NCBI GenBank assembly: GCA_965220745.1
Contig: CBDCQT010000012.1
Span: forward strand, 448,001 to 512,000
Origin: Alphaproteobacteria bacterium
GTDB taxonomy: Bacteria > Pseudomonadota > Alphaproteobacteria > UBA828
DNA length: 64,000 nt
Direction: 5' to 3'
The position numbers were made by a program, and so were the translations under genes. This document shows, piece by piece, positions 40,678 through 50,207 of this stretch. Numbering within the stretch: the stretch's first letter is position 1; each line of letters opens with the position of its first letter. Under the pieces are notes generated by a model, which saw nothing but the letters and a program-made list of their open reading frames with translations, did no database searches and was not told where the DNA came from.

Positions 40678-41672
40678 CGCGTCGTAGGCGGCCACGGACG
40701 GCCGAAGCCGCGCTCCGCGAGGGCGACGCGGCCGCCATCGAGGCGTTTCTCGAAATGGTTGCCGCAGAGCGCGGGCTCGCCCGCAATTCGATCGACGCCT
40801 ACCGGCGGGACCTCGCCTGTTTTGCCGCCTATCTCGCGCCGTCGCGTATGGCCCTGGTTGAGGCCGACTCCGCGTCGATCCGGGGGTTCGTGGCGGAACA
40901 ACGCCGCTCCGGCGTTGCGGCGCGCACCGCGGCGCGTCGGCTCTCCTGCCTGCGCCAGTTCTATCGGTTCCTGTTGACCGACGGCCGGCGTGACGACGAT
41001 CCCACTGCGACGGTGGATTCGCCAGTGCTCCCTCGCACGCTCCCCGGCGTGCTCAGCGAAGAGGAGGTCGAGAGGCTGCTGGCGGCAGCGTGGCCCGAGG
41101 ACGATGCGGCGAAGATGTCGCCCAGGCGCGAGGCCGACGGGCTTCGCCTGCGGGCCATGATCGAGCTGCTTTACGGCAGCGGTCTCCGTGTTTCGGAGCT
41201 GGTGTCGCTGCCGCTCCACGCGATCTCCGCCGAGACGCAGAGCCTGTTGGTGCGGGGCAAGGGCGACAAGGAACGCCTGGTTCCGCTCGGGGCGCCAGCC
41301 CGCCGGGCGCTCGACGCCTATCTCGCGGTGCGCGATCGTCACCTGGCGAACGGAGCGCCGTCCCGCTGGCTGTTCCCCTCGCGCGGCGCGAGCGGTCACC
41401 TGACGCGGCATCGACTTGCGCAGATGCTCAAGGCGCTGGCGCAGGCGGCGGGGATCGAGCCGAGCCGGGTCTCGCCCCACGCGCTGCGCCATGCCTTCGC
41501 CAGCCATCTGCTCGCCAACGGGGCGGACCTGAGGGCGGTGCAGAAGATGCTCGGCCACGCCGACATCGCGACAACGGAAATCTACACCCATGTCCTCGAC
41601 GAGCGGCTCAAGCGGCTGGTCGAGGCCGGGCATCCCCTCGCCGCCGCCGGCCGCGCGCGCTCGGGCGGCTAA
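40674..41672 (+). CDS. xerD: Site-specific tyrosine recombinase XerD
   Basis: TTG overlapping upstream stop; ERGLARNSIDAYRRDL, LYGSGLRVSEL, GKGDKERLVP, SPHALRH, LGHADIATTEIYTH. Confidence 0.93.
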   Translation: MTRRRRPRTAEAALREGDAAAIEAFLEMVAAERGLARNSIDAYRRDLACFAAYLAPSRMALVEADSASIRGFVAEQRRSGVAARTAARRLSCLRQFYRFLLTDGRRDDDPTATVDSPVLPRTLPGVLSEEEVERLLAAAWPEDDAAKMSPRREADGLRLRAMIELLYGSGLRVSELVSLPLHAISAETQSLLVRGKGDKERLVPLGAPARRALDAYLAVRDRHLANGAPSRWLFPSRGASGHLTRHRLAQMLKALAQAAGIEPSRVSPHALRHAFASHLLANGADLRAVQKMLGHADIATTEIYTHVLDERLKRLVEAGHPLAAAGRARSGG

Positions 41673-41857
41673 AGACATGCTCGAGCAGACATATTTCAGC
41701 CCTGTACCCAGGTCGCCGGTTGTCGGCCTGCGGCGCGCTGTACTAATGTGCCCGACTGCCGCGGGCCATGTAACCGCCGCAGGGGAAGAGCCGTCTGGAT
41801 GGGCCTGCGAGCGATCATGGAGCACAGACTCGGCGTTCCGGGGATGACGGACAGGCG

Positions 41858-43015
41858 ATGAGCGGGCAGCGGCCATTCCTGATTCGCATGAGCCTCTTCC
41901 TGGCCCTCGTGGTCGGGGTGGTCGTCGTGCTGAGCGACACGCTGGGCGATGCGTTCTTCGCCAATTCGATTCTGAACGGCGTCATCCTTGGCGCGCTGGT
42001 CATCGGCATCGTCTACAATTTCCGCCAGGTCCTGCTGTTGAAGCCGGATACCGCCTGGCTCGCGGCGGTGAAGAGCGACGACGTGCCGGGCGCGGCACCG
42101 CCGTCGTCCGCTCGCAAGCCGCGCCTGCTGGCGCCCCTGGCGACCATGTTGGCAGACCGGCGCGGCCGCATGACGCTCTCTGCCGTTTCGCTCCGCAGCC
42201 TGCTCGACGGCATCGGCTCGCGGCTCGACGAATCGCGCGATCTGTCGCGCTACATGATCGGCCTCCTGATCTTCCTGGGTCTGCTGGGCACGTTCTGGGG
42301 CCTGCTCCAGACCGTGACCTCGGTGGGCGACGTGATCGGCGACCTCTCGGTGGCCAATCAGGACATGCTCGGCGTCTTCGACGACCTCAAGGGCGGCCTC
42401 GAAGCCCCGCTCGAAGGGATGGGCACGGCCTTCAGCTCCTCGCTCTTCGGACTCGCGGGCTCGCTCATCCTGGGCTTTCTCGACCTCCAGGCGAACCAGG
42501 CGCGGAACCGCTTCTACAACGAGCTGGAGGACTGGCTCTCCTCCTATACCCGGCTTACCGGCGGCACGCTCGGCGTGGAGGGCGACCAGTCGGTTCCGGC
42601 CTACGTCAGCGCTCTGCTGGAGAAGACCGCCGACAGCCTAGAGGAGCTGCAACGAACGCTCGCGCGCGGCGAAGAGCAGCGCGCAACCTCCTCGGCCAAC
42701 CTGCTGTCGCTCACCGAGCGCCTGGCCACGCTCACGGACCACATGCGCTCCGAGCAGGACCTCATGGTCAAGCTGGTGGAGAATCAGCTGGAGATGCGGC
42801 CGGTGCTTGAGCGCCTCGCGGCGGGCGCCACCCGACAGGGCGGTCTCGACGAGCCCAGCCGCGCGCATCTGCGCAACCTGGACGTCTATCTTCAGCGGCT
42901 CCTGGAGGAGATGGTCTCCGGGCGCGAGCAGTCCGTCGCCGAGCTTCGCAGCGAGATCAAGCTCCTCGCACGGACCATAGCGGCGGTCGCCGAGAACGAG
43001 CGGCGCCAAAGCTGA
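41858..43015 (+). CDS. MotA/TolQ/ExbB-like membrane protein
   Basis: FLGLLGTFWGL, GMGTAFSSSLFGL, C-terminal LRSEIKLLART. Confidence 0.85.
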   Translation: MSGQRPFLIRMSLFLALVVGVVVVLSDTLGDAFFANSILNGVILGALVIGIVYNFRQVLLLKPDTAWLAAVKSDDVPGAAPPSSARKPRLLAPLATMLADRRGRMTLSAVSLRSLLDGIGSRLDESRDLSRYMIGLLIFLGLLGTFWGLLQTVTSVGDVIGDLSVANQDMLGVFDDLKGGLEAPLEGMGTAFSSSLFGLAGSLILGFLDLQANQARNRFYNELEDWLSSYTRLTGGTLGVEGDQSVPAYVSALLEKTADSLEELQRTLARGEEQRATSSANLLSLTERLATLTDHMRSEQDLMVKLVENQLEMRPVLERLAAGATRQGGLDEPSRAHLRNLDVYLQRLLEEMVSGREQSVAELRSEIKLLARTIAAVAENERRQS

Positions 43016-43033
43016 GCGCGGGAGGCCCGCCCG

Positions 43034-44464
43034 GTGTTTGCCGCATCGCGCCTGAAACGAAGGGGCTCTAGCGCCGACTACTGGCCGGGCTTCGTCGACC
43101 TGATGTCGACGCTGCTCCTGGTGATGATCTTCCTGCTCGTCGTCTACATGCTGGCGCAGTACTTCCTGCAGCGCACCCTGTCCGAGGAAACCGAGGCGAA
43201 GGACGACCTCAACGCCCAGCTCAACAGTCTCGACGAGACGCTCGCCCTCGAGCAGCAGGCCAACGCGGATCTCAGGATCAATATCGCCCAGCTCGCGGAT
43301 CAGCTTCAGAGCTCGCTTTCGGTTCGGGACCAGCTCATCGCCGAGCTTTCGATGATCACCGGCGAGCGCGACACGCTCCAGCTGCGTCTCAGGGAGATGA
43401 CGGGGGAGGGGCAGTCCGCGCTCGCCGAAGCAGCCCAGGCCTCCATCAGGGCGGATGCCGGCGAGGAGAAGATCAAGGTTCTGCTCTCCGACGTCGAGCG
43501 CCTGCGCCGCGACATCGACGCGCTGAACGCGGTGCGCCGGGATCTCGAGTCCAAGGTCGGGATAATGGCGGCGGCGCTGATCGAGAGCCGGGGCGAGCTC
43601 GGCCAGAGCGAAGAGGAGACGGCAGCCGTGCGGGCCGATCTCTCCGCGCAGCGCGACACCACGGCGGAGCTCGAAGCGCGCCTCTCCGACGAGCAGGAGC
43701 GCACGGTGCTCGCCCAGCGCACGCTGGAGGAGCGGGAAATCCGCCTCGCCGAGGTGCAGGCCCTTCACCTCGCGGCCCAGTCCTCGTACGACAGCACCCA
43801 GGCGGCACTGGACGAGAACCGCCAGCTCAGCGCGCGCCAGCGCGACCAGATCGCCGTGCTCAACCAGCAGATCGACGCGCTCAGGGCGCAGCTCGGGCGC
43901 GTCGAGGAAGCCCTGCAGATCTCGGAGCGCAAGACCCAGGAACAGGACGTGACGATCGCCAACCTGGGCCAGCGCCTCAACATGGCGCTCGCCGCCAAGG
44001 TCGAGGAACTCGCCGCTTACCGCTCCGAGTTCTTCGGCCGGCTCCGGGAGGTGCTGAGCGACCGGCGCGACTTCACCATCATCGGCGACCGCTTCGTCTT
44101 CCAGTCCGAGGTTCTGTTCGCCCCCGCCTCCGACGAGCTGGGCCCGGAAGGTCACGACAAGTTGGCGAAGTTTGCACAGGTCCTCAGGGACGTGATGGTT
44201 CAGATTCCGTCTGATCTGCCCTGGATCCTGCAGGTCGATGGCCACACCGACAGCCGGCCGATACAGACGGCCCGCTTCCCGTCCAACTGGGAGCTCTCGG
44301 CGGCGCGCGCGATCTCGGTGGTGAACTTCCTCGTCGCCCTCGGCATCCCGCCCGAGCACCTGAGCGCCGCTGGCTACGGCGAGTTCCAGCCTCTCGACGC
44401 GCGCGAGGACGAGATCGCCTATCGCCGCAACCGTCGCATCGAACTCAAGCTGACCCAGCGATAG
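43034..44464 (+). CDS. MotB/OmpA-like peptidoglycan-binding protein with long coiled coil
   Basis: YWPGFVD TM motif, coiled coil, VDGHTD, SNWELSAARA, NRRIE. Confidence 0.88.
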   Translation: MFAASRLKRRGSSADYWPGFVDLMSTLLLVMIFLLVVYMLAQYFLQRTLSEETEAKDDLNAQLNSLDETLALEQQANADLRINIAQLADQLQSSLSVRDQLIAELSMITGERDTLQLRLREMTGEGQSALAEAAQASIRADAGEEKIKVLLSDVERLRRDIDALNAVRRDLESKVGIMAAALIESRGELGQSEEETAAVRADLSAQRDTTAELEARLSDEQERTVLAQRTLEEREIRLAEVQALHLAAQSSYDSTQAALDENRQLSARQRDQIAVLNQQIDALRAQLGRVEEALQISERKTQEQDVTIANLGQRLNMALAAKVEELAAYRSEFFGRLREVLSDRRDFTIIGDRFVFQSEVLFAPASDELGPEGHDKLAKFAQVLRDVMVQIPSDLPWILQVDGHTDSRPIQTARFPSNWELSAARAISVVNFLVALGIPPEHLSAAGYGEFQPLDAREDEIAYRRNRRIELKLTQR

Positions 44465-44568
44465 AGCGAGTCCGTCTTTGACGGACTCGCGACAGGCCGC
44501 GACCGCGGCCCGCCGCTCCTGCGGCGCCCTCGCGGAGGCGCCGGCCGTAGGCCGGCTGCCGTGAGCGA
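44456..44568 (+). repeat. GC-rich multi-hairpin dispersed repeat, copy 1
   Basis: TAGAGCGAGTCCGT-CTTTG-ACGGACTCGC...GTGAGCGA; inverted copy at 53724-53863. Confidence 0.8.
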
Positions 44569-44584
44569 CAAATGCTTCAAGGGA

Positions 44585-46459
44585 TCACCCGGCCGCGCTG
44601 CGGGGCGCGGCGGCGAGGGCGTCTCGCGCCGAATCCTCTTCGCGCCCGTCGTCGAACTGGAGCGCCGCGAGCCTCGCGTAGAGCCCGCCGCGCGCCATCA
44701 GCGCCCGGTGCGTCCCCTCGGCGACCACGCGGCCCTCGTCCATCACCACGATGCGGTCCGCCTTCTGCACGGTGGCGAGGCGATGCGCGATGACGATGGT
44801 GGTCCGCCCCGCCATCAGCCGCTCCAGCGCCGCCTGCACCGCGCGCTCGCTCTCGGCGTCCAGCGCGCTAGTGGCCTCGTCGAGCAGCAGCACCGCCGGG
44901 TTGCGCAGCACGGCGCGGGCGATCGCGAGCCGCTGCTTCTGCCCGCCCGAGAGCCGGGTGCCCTTCTCGCCGAGGAAGGTATCAAAACCCTCCGGCAGGC
45001 TGTCGAGGAAGGCCGCCGCGCCCGCCGCCTCCGCCGCGGCGCGGACCTCCTCGTCGCTCGCCTCGGGCCGGCCGAAGCGGATGTTCTCCCGCGCGCTCGT
45101 CGCAAACATCACCGCATCCTGCGGTACCAGCGCGAAGGAGCGCCGCACCGCCTCCAGCGAGGCCTCCCGCAGGTCGACCCCGTCGAGCACGACGCGCCCG
45201 TCCTCGGGGTCGTAGAAGCGCAGCAGGAGGTTGAAGACGGTCGACTTGCCCGCGCCCGAGGGACCCACCAGGGCGACCGTCTCGCCCGGCGCAACGGCCA
45301 GCGAGAAGCCCTCCAGCGCCGGCGCGTCCGGCCGAGCGGGGTAGTGGAAGGTGGCGCGGTCCAGCTTCACGGCGCCCTGCTGCGGCTCCAGCAGCGGCTT
45401 CGTCACCGCAGGCGCGGGCGCGAGCGCGGGCTCCTCGTTGAGCAGCTCGGCCAGCCGCTCAGCGGCACCGGCGGCGTGCTGCAGGTCGCCGTAAACCTCG
45501 CTGAGCGAGCCCACCGAGCCCGCGACCACCACGGCGTAGAACATGAAGGCGGTCATCTCGCCGCCGGTCATCTCGCCCTGCAGCACCGTGGTGCCGGCGA
45601 TCCAGAGCACGAGGCCCACGCCGCAGAAGACCAGCAGGATGACGATCGCCGTCAGCGTCGCCCGTGCCTGCACGCGCCGCAGCGCCGCGCGGAACGCCGC
45701 CTCCACGTGGTCGCCGAAGCGCTCGCCGCTCCGCTCCTCCTGGCCGAAGGCCTGCACGGTGCGGATGCCGCCGAGCGCTTCCTCCATGTGCCCGCCGACA
45801 TCGCCCACGCGGTCCTGGGCGAGGCGGGAGAAGCGCCGCACGCGCCGGCCGAGCACGACGATGGGGATCACCACCACGGGCACCATCAGCACCACGAAGC
45901 CGGTGAGCGTCGGGCTCGTCACGATAAGCATGGCACTGGCCCCGAGGAACAGCAGCAGGTTGCGCAGCGCCGACGACGCCTGCTGGCCGATCACGGTCTG
46001 CAGCAGGGTGGTGTCGGTGGTGATGCGCGACAGCAGCTCCCCCACCTTGTTGATCTCGAAGAAGGCCGGGCTCAGCCCCACAAGGCGGCGGAAGACTGCC
46101 CGCCTTATGTCGGCCACCACCCGCTCGCCGAGCCAGGAGACGAGGTAGAAGCGCGCAAACGAGCCGCCCGCCAGCAGCGCCACCATGCCCGCCATGTAGA
46201 TCAGCGCATGGTGGAGCCGCGAGATCTCCTCCGCGCTGAGGCCGTCGTCGATCAGGACCCGGAGCCCCTGGCCCATCGCGAGCACCGCCGCGGCGCTGAC
46301 GCAGAGCGCGAAGACCGCCGCCACGATCACTCCGCGGTAGGGCCGGAGGAAGCGGAACAGGTAGCGGATACGGCGGATCTCGCCACGCGGCGGCAGGGCT
46401 GACGACGCCGGCGAATCGCCGGAGCGCCGCCGCCTCGCTTCCGATCCGAAGATGCTCAC
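44585..46459 (-). CDS. Fused permease/ATPase ABC exporter (MsbA-like)
   Basis: TM domain ([11 protein letters not shown]), [27 protein letters not shown]. Confidence 0.93.
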   Translation of the reverse strand: MSIFGSEARRRRSGDSPASSALPPRGEIRRIRYLFRFLRPYRGVIVAAVFALCVSAAAVLAMGQGLRVLIDDGLSAEEISRLHHALIYMAGMVALLAGGSFARFYLVSWLGERVVADIRRAVFRRLVGLSPAFFEINKVGELLSRITTDTTLLQTVIGQQASSALRNLLLFLGASAMLIVTSPTLTGFVVLMVPVVVIPIVVLGRRVRRFSRLAQDRVGDVGGHMEEALGGIRTVQAFGQEERSGERFGDHVEAAFRAALRRVQARATLTAIVILLVFCGVGLVLWIAGTTVLQGEMTGGEMTAFMFYAVVVAGSVGSLSEVYGDLQHAAGAAERLAELLNEEPALAPAPAVTKPLLEPQQGAVKLDRATFHYPARPDAPALEGFSLAVAPGETVALVGPSGAGKSTVFNLLLRFYDPEDGRVVLDGVDLREASLEAVRRSFALVPQDAVMFATSARENIRFGRPEASDEEVRAAAEAAGAAAFLDSLPEGFDTFLGEKGTRLSGGQKQRLAIARAVLRNPAVLLLDEATSALDAESERAVQAALERLMAGRTTIVIAHRLATVQKADRIVVMDEGRVVAEGTHRALMARGGLYARLAALQFDDGREEDSARDALAAAPRSAAG

Positions 46460-46575
46460 CGCTGCCGCCCCCCGTTCTGGTGGCGGCACGATATCCGAGT
46501 CGCGGCGGAGCCAATAGCCGCTTGCGCCGGGCGCGCCGCGTCTATATGAAAGCCGCGCGACAAGCGGGGCCCGCC

Positions 46576-46800
46576 ATGAAGAAAGACATTCATCCCGATT
46601 ACCACGAGATCACCGTCGTCCGGACCGACGGCAGCACCTTTACCACGCGGTCCACGTGGGGCAAGGCGGGCGACACGCTCACCCTCGATATCGACCCGCT
46701 GTCGCACCCGGTGTGGACAGGTGGGGCCCAGCGCATCGTCGACCGCGGCGGCCAGGTCTCGCGCTTCAACAAGCGCTTCGGCGACTTCGGGCTGAACTAA
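46576..46800 (+). CDS. rpmE: 50S ribosomal protein L31 (Cys-free form)
   Basis: [10 protein letters not shown]...[14 protein letters not shown]...VSRFNKRF. Confidence 0.97.
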   Translation: MKKDIHPDYHEITVVRTDGSTFTTRSTWGKAGDTLTLDIDPLSHPVWTGGAQRIVDRGGQVSRFNKRFGDFGLN

Positions 46801-46863
46801 GTCTCGCACGCGCGAAGCGTGGTGCGCGCGAAACCAAGAGCCGCGCACGCCTAACTTCCCCAA

Positions 46864-46896
46864 CCGTCATGGCCGGACTCGTTCCGGCCAACCATG
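46864..46896 (+). repeat. REP-like palindrome
   Basis: GTCATGGCCGGA-CTCGT-TCCGGCCA; inverted relative at about 50420-50452 and another at about 50955-50988. Confidence 0.6.
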
Positions 46897-46996
46897 TCCT
46901 GCTCGTCTGAGGCCCGTGTTCCGAAGGGTCATGTACCCAAGAGCGGCCTCGTGTCTCGTCGGCCCGGTGGGATTATCCCAAATGTTAATTTTAGGC

Positions 46997-47056
46997 GGCC
47001 TATTCCGGCCCACTCCGGCCCAAAGTGGCCCAAGGTGGCCCAAGGTCGCCCACGCG
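46997..47056 (+). repeat. Six degenerate tandem 10-bp units (GGCCCAnnnn)
   Basis: ggcctattcc ggcccactcc ggcccaaagt ggcccaaggt ggcccaaggt cgcccacgcg. Confidence 0.7.
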
Positions 47057-47119
47057 ACAAAATTAGGGGATTATATACCGACCTTGACATCTGAGCGCAA
47101 TTCCCCGTAGCCTCCTCCC

Positions 47120-47240
47120 TGCAACGTTACGCGGACCCGCTTGTCGGGTCGCCCGCTGAATAGAACAGCCCTTGATCCGGCCGGGGTAGCTCCCCGGCTT
47201 GGCGAATAGGCGGGGCTTCACGCTTCCGTGTGACGTTGCA
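47120..47240 (+). ncRNA. Putative structured RNA / 5' leader (multi-stem)
   Basis: 16-bp closing stem (47120-47135/47225-47240, two G-U pairs) enclosing three hairpins; begins just after TTGACA-N18-TAGCCT. Confidence 0.55.
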
Positions 47241-47293
47241 ACGGCCCGGCGCCAGGCGCCAAGGGGCGCGGCCGGTCCACGGGAGATGGACCT

Positions 47294-48610
47294 ATGCTCA
47301 GAACATCGTTGATCGCCGTAGCGTGCGCTGCGGCCGTGATAGCGCTTGCCGCCTGCGGCGGTGGGGGCGGGGGCAGTGGTGAGCGGCCATCCGTCCACCA
47401 CGATATTGTCGGGGTCGACCAAGGCCTCGAGTCTTTTCGAGGGCTGCCGTCAGCCGGCGCGCGCGGCGGTGTGGCGATCCGCTACGGCACTCGCACTGAT
47501 GGCGTGGGTCGCGACGCCTTGGTCGCCTATCTCACCGAAGCCGGCGCCACGACAGCACGCTGGTACGACGTGCCGCCGGACATTCGGGTGATCGGCCCCT
47601 CGACGGCGCGGGAAAAGCAACTCGTGACCGAGGTCGTCGAGGCGATCAACCTATCGCTGCCGCCTGAGCACCGGATCAAGCTCAGGACGCCCGTGGCAGG
47701 GCTCAGCCTGCGCCACACGGTGAATGCCGCTGGCCGCTACTTCCGGGGGAGAGATCACCGCCCGAACACGATCCATATCGAGTTCCTCGACTGCCACGAT
47801 TACCACGACTGTGGCACCTCCGGCGCCACCGCCTGGGGCAACGGGTCCGACCTTCACGCCTACGTCCAGATGGCACGAGGAACACCCGCCTATGGCCGGG
47901 ATGATTGGGCACGCATCCTTCTGGCGCACGAGCTCCTGCACACCCTGCTTGCGGACGAGCATGTCAGCGAGCGCTTCGACTCGATCAATCTGGGCTCCAA
48001 TGCCATCTACGCGGCCGGGCCAGCCTCTATCCTCAAGCCGATCGACCGTGAAGCGCTCCAGGCGCTCTACGGGCACCTCGAACTGCACGACAGCCCAACG
48101 GCCCTCGGCCCTTGGTCGAGCACCTCGACGCATTTCATCGGTGACGGGCGCCATGCCGACTTCGGCGTTGCGCTGAGAAACGGCTACGCGGAGCCGTGGG
48201 CGCGCGGTGCCCGGCCTTCCTCCACGCTCGCGAACAACCGCGCCCTCTTGGGAACGGTCATCTGGGATGGCGCGCTGGTCGGCTTCTCGGGGCACCAATC
48301 CGTCACGGGCGATGCCTTGATCTCCGTCGACCTGACCGTGCTCGATGCTCCCTTGCCCGAGCTCGACGGCAGTGCCGTCTTCACGGCGCTCGAATACTGG
48401 CATCACCCCGAAGCCGACGATCCGTTGGGCGGCTCGATGTGGGGCGACGGCGATCTCGCCTACACGATCACCGTGGACGGCAACACCTTCCGAGAAACTG
48501 GCGGGGATGATGGTAGACTCACGGGGATCTTCACCGGCCGTTCCCATGAAGGAGCCGCCGGCACCTTGGAGCGGTCCGACCTCATCGCAGCCTTCGGCGC
48601 TTCACGCTGA
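47294..48610 (+). CDS. Surface lipoprotein with metzincin-like Zn-protease domain and TbpB/fHbp-like C-terminal beta-barrel (IS passenger)
   Basis: Lipobox LAAC plus Gly linker; HELLHTLLADEH; IDREALQALYG; ends GIFTGRSHEGAAGTLERSDLIAAFGASR. Confidence 0.75.
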   Translation: MLRTSLIAVACAAAVIALAACGGGGGGSGERPSVHHDIVGVDQGLESFRGLPSAGARGGVAIRYGTRTDGVGRDALVAYLTEAGATTARWYDVPPDIRVIGPSTAREKQLVTEVVEAINLSLPPEHRIKLRTPVAGLSLRHTVNAAGRYFRGRDHRPNTIHIEFLDCHDYHDCGTSGATAWGNGSDLHAYVQMARGTPAYGRDDWARILLAHELLHTLLADEHVSERFDSINLGSNAIYAAGPASILKPIDREALQALYGHLELHDSPTALGPWSSTSTHFIGDGRHADFGVALRNGYAEPWARGARPSSTLANNRALLGTVIWDGALVGFSGHQSVTGDALISVDLTVLDAPLPELDGSAVFTALEYWHHPEADDPLGGSMWGDGDLAYTITVDGNTFRETGGDDGRLTGIFTGRSHEGAAGTLERSDLIAAFGASR

Positions 48611-48627
48611 CCATCGGGAAAGAGATC

Positions 48628-48783
48628 ATGGCGAAACAGACCGGCGAGACAGACTTGCTCACCTTGGCGATGCGCCGCGCGCACGCGGAGGCGGCAGAAA
48701 GGCGGGAGCCGGAACTCCCGCCCGATACCGAAAATGCTTCAGCCGCGGATGTTGCTGACGACCAGAATGTTGCCGTCGAGTAG
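48628..48783 (+). CDS. Possible 51-aa small protein (IS passenger)
   Basis: ATG 17 nt after lipoprotein stop with purine-rich RBS; MAKQTGETDLLTLAMRRAHAEAAERREPELPP... Confidence 0.3.
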   Translation: MAKQTGETDLLTLAMRRAHAEAAERREPELPPDTENASAADVADDQNVAVE

Positions 48784-48957
48784 CTTGGTCTCGTTGATCA
48801 AACCGCCCAATAGTCCCCGGTGGACCGCGCCAATGACGGTGGTCTCGACCGCCTCGTGACTGGCGCCGGGGAGCTGCGCGGCAAGGTCTTCGACGGTGTT
48901 GAACTGGCGGCCTCGGCAAGCCGCAAGGACGCGCTGTAGCAGCGGTGTCTGGGACAC
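48739..48957 (-). CDS. 72-aa protein, possible winged helix-turn-helix (IS passenger)
   Basis: GTG start with AAGGAG RBS; TVEDLAAQLPGASHEAVETTVIGAVHRGLL resembles a wHTH. Confidence 0.5.
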   Translation of the reverse strand: MSQTPLLQRVLAACRGRQFNTVEDLAAQLPGASHEAVETTVIGAVHRGLLGGLINETKLLDGNILVVSNIRG

Positions 48958-49169
48958 AGAAGGTCTCCTTGATCTGGAGACCGCCTAACGCCATGCTATG
49001 GAGATTGCGTTTCAGCATGTGCCCGCAGCGGTCTCGTGAGCCATGTGCGGGTGCCGGGAGTTCCCCTGCCAGGGGGTAGGCCCGACCGTCGAGCATCATC
49101 TTAGCCGATGGTGCTCGATGTGTCTTCAGGGTAGTGGCCGCAACTTGTCGACCGTCAAGATGTAGGGGG

Positions 49170-50153
49170 TCAGGCGCTGCGTGCGCCGCTTGACAGGCCG
49201 TTGTCGGCGATCAGCGCGCTGTACGCCAGATGCTTGCCCACCATGTGCGTGACGGCGGTTTCCATCTGCTCGATGGTGTCGGCCTCGCGCACGTTGTGCC
49301 GGCCCGAGAACTCGTTGATGTACCGCTCAAGATGCTTCTGGCTCATCTTGTGGTAGGTACCGTGGTAGCCGCGCTTCAGCATCGCCCAGAAGCTCTCCAT
49401 GCCGTTGCAGTGTGCCTGTCCCCGGACATATTCGCCGGCGCTGTGGTTCACGGCCTCATGGTCGAACCATGCCGCCAGTGCGTTGTACGCCTTCGACTCG
49501 TCGGTGTAGACCGTGGCGCCGGGCTTGGTCCGCTCCGCGACGAAGCCCGCGACATGGGGAGTGTCGGTACCGGCGACGTGGCGAGCGGCGACCTTGTTGC
49601 TCTCGCGATCCTTGGTCCCAACGACTGCGGCCTTGCCGACCGCTCCCCGGCCCGTCAGCTTCACCCGCTTGCTCTTGGGCATGTTCTTCCGCCTGCCGCC
49701 GATATAGACCTCATCGGCCTCCACGGGCCCGGAAAACGGCGCCGCACCGTTGTCGTCCCACGCTTCCCGCAGGCGATGCAGCATGAACCAGGCCGTCTTC
49801 TGGGTCACCTTCAGGTCGCGATGCAGCTTCATGCTGCTCACACCCTTCAGGTTGGTGACGTAGAGGTAGACCGCGAACACCCACTTGCGCAGCGGCAGGC
49901 GGGAGCTTTGCAGCATGGAGCCGGTGCGGACGGAGAAGTAGGACCGGCACGACTTGCACCAGTAGGGCATCGGCTTCGCGTTCGGCACTTCCTTCGTCTC
50001 GGTCGATCCGCAATGGCCGCAGTGGCGCTCGCCGTCCGGCCAGCGCGTATCCTCAAACCACTTCACTGCCGAGGCTTCGTCGGGGAACATCTCGGTCAGT
50101 TCGATGATCGAAATGCCTTCGCGGTGGGCTTTTCCAGGTGCTTTGCGGGTCAT
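49170..50153 (-). CDS. IS1595 family transposase
   Basis: Zn ribbon CGHC...CKSC, TQKTAWFMLHRLR, EADEVYIGG, YTDE, NGMESFW, YINEF. Confidence 0.95.
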   Translation of the reverse strand: MTRKAPGKAHREGISIIELTEMFPDEASAVKWFEDTRWPDGERHCGHCGSTETKEVPNAKPMPYWCKSCRSYFSVRTGSMLQSSRLPLRKWVFAVYLYVTNLKGVSSMKLHRDLKVTQKTAWFMLHRLREAWDDNGAAPFSGPVEADEVYIGGRRKNMPKSKRVKLTGRGAVGKAAVVGTKDRESNKVAARHVAGTDTPHVAGFVAERTKPGATVYTDESKAYNALAAWFDHEAVNHSAGEYVRGQAHCNGMESFWAMLKRGYHGTYHKMSQKHLERYINEFSGRHNVREADTIEQMETAVTHMVGKHLAYSALIADNGLSSGARSA

Positions 50154-50178
50154 TTCTCGTCTCCCCCTTACACCTTGG

Positions 50179-50207
50179 AATATAGGCACTTACCCCTCGA
50201 TTGTCAA
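50179..50207 (-). promoter_or_regulatory. Sigma70-type transposase promoter with -35 inside the IR
   Basis: TTGACA-17 nt-TATATT, then GGGGAG RBS and ATG at 50153. Confidence 0.75.

Noticed and set aside
40674-41672. Third tyrosine recombinase as part of a RIT-like trio
   Set aside because: It is housekeeping XerD in its usual aroK-linked context, 21 kb from the pair.
46997-47056. CRISPR-like array
   Set aside because: Units are contiguous 10-mers with no spacers, and no cas genes are present.
47120-47240. Guide/bridge RNA for the IS, or a tRNA
   Set aside because: Loops show no match to the target CAAAATTA or the IR; the transposase is a plain DDE type; tRNA consensus and CCA end are absent.
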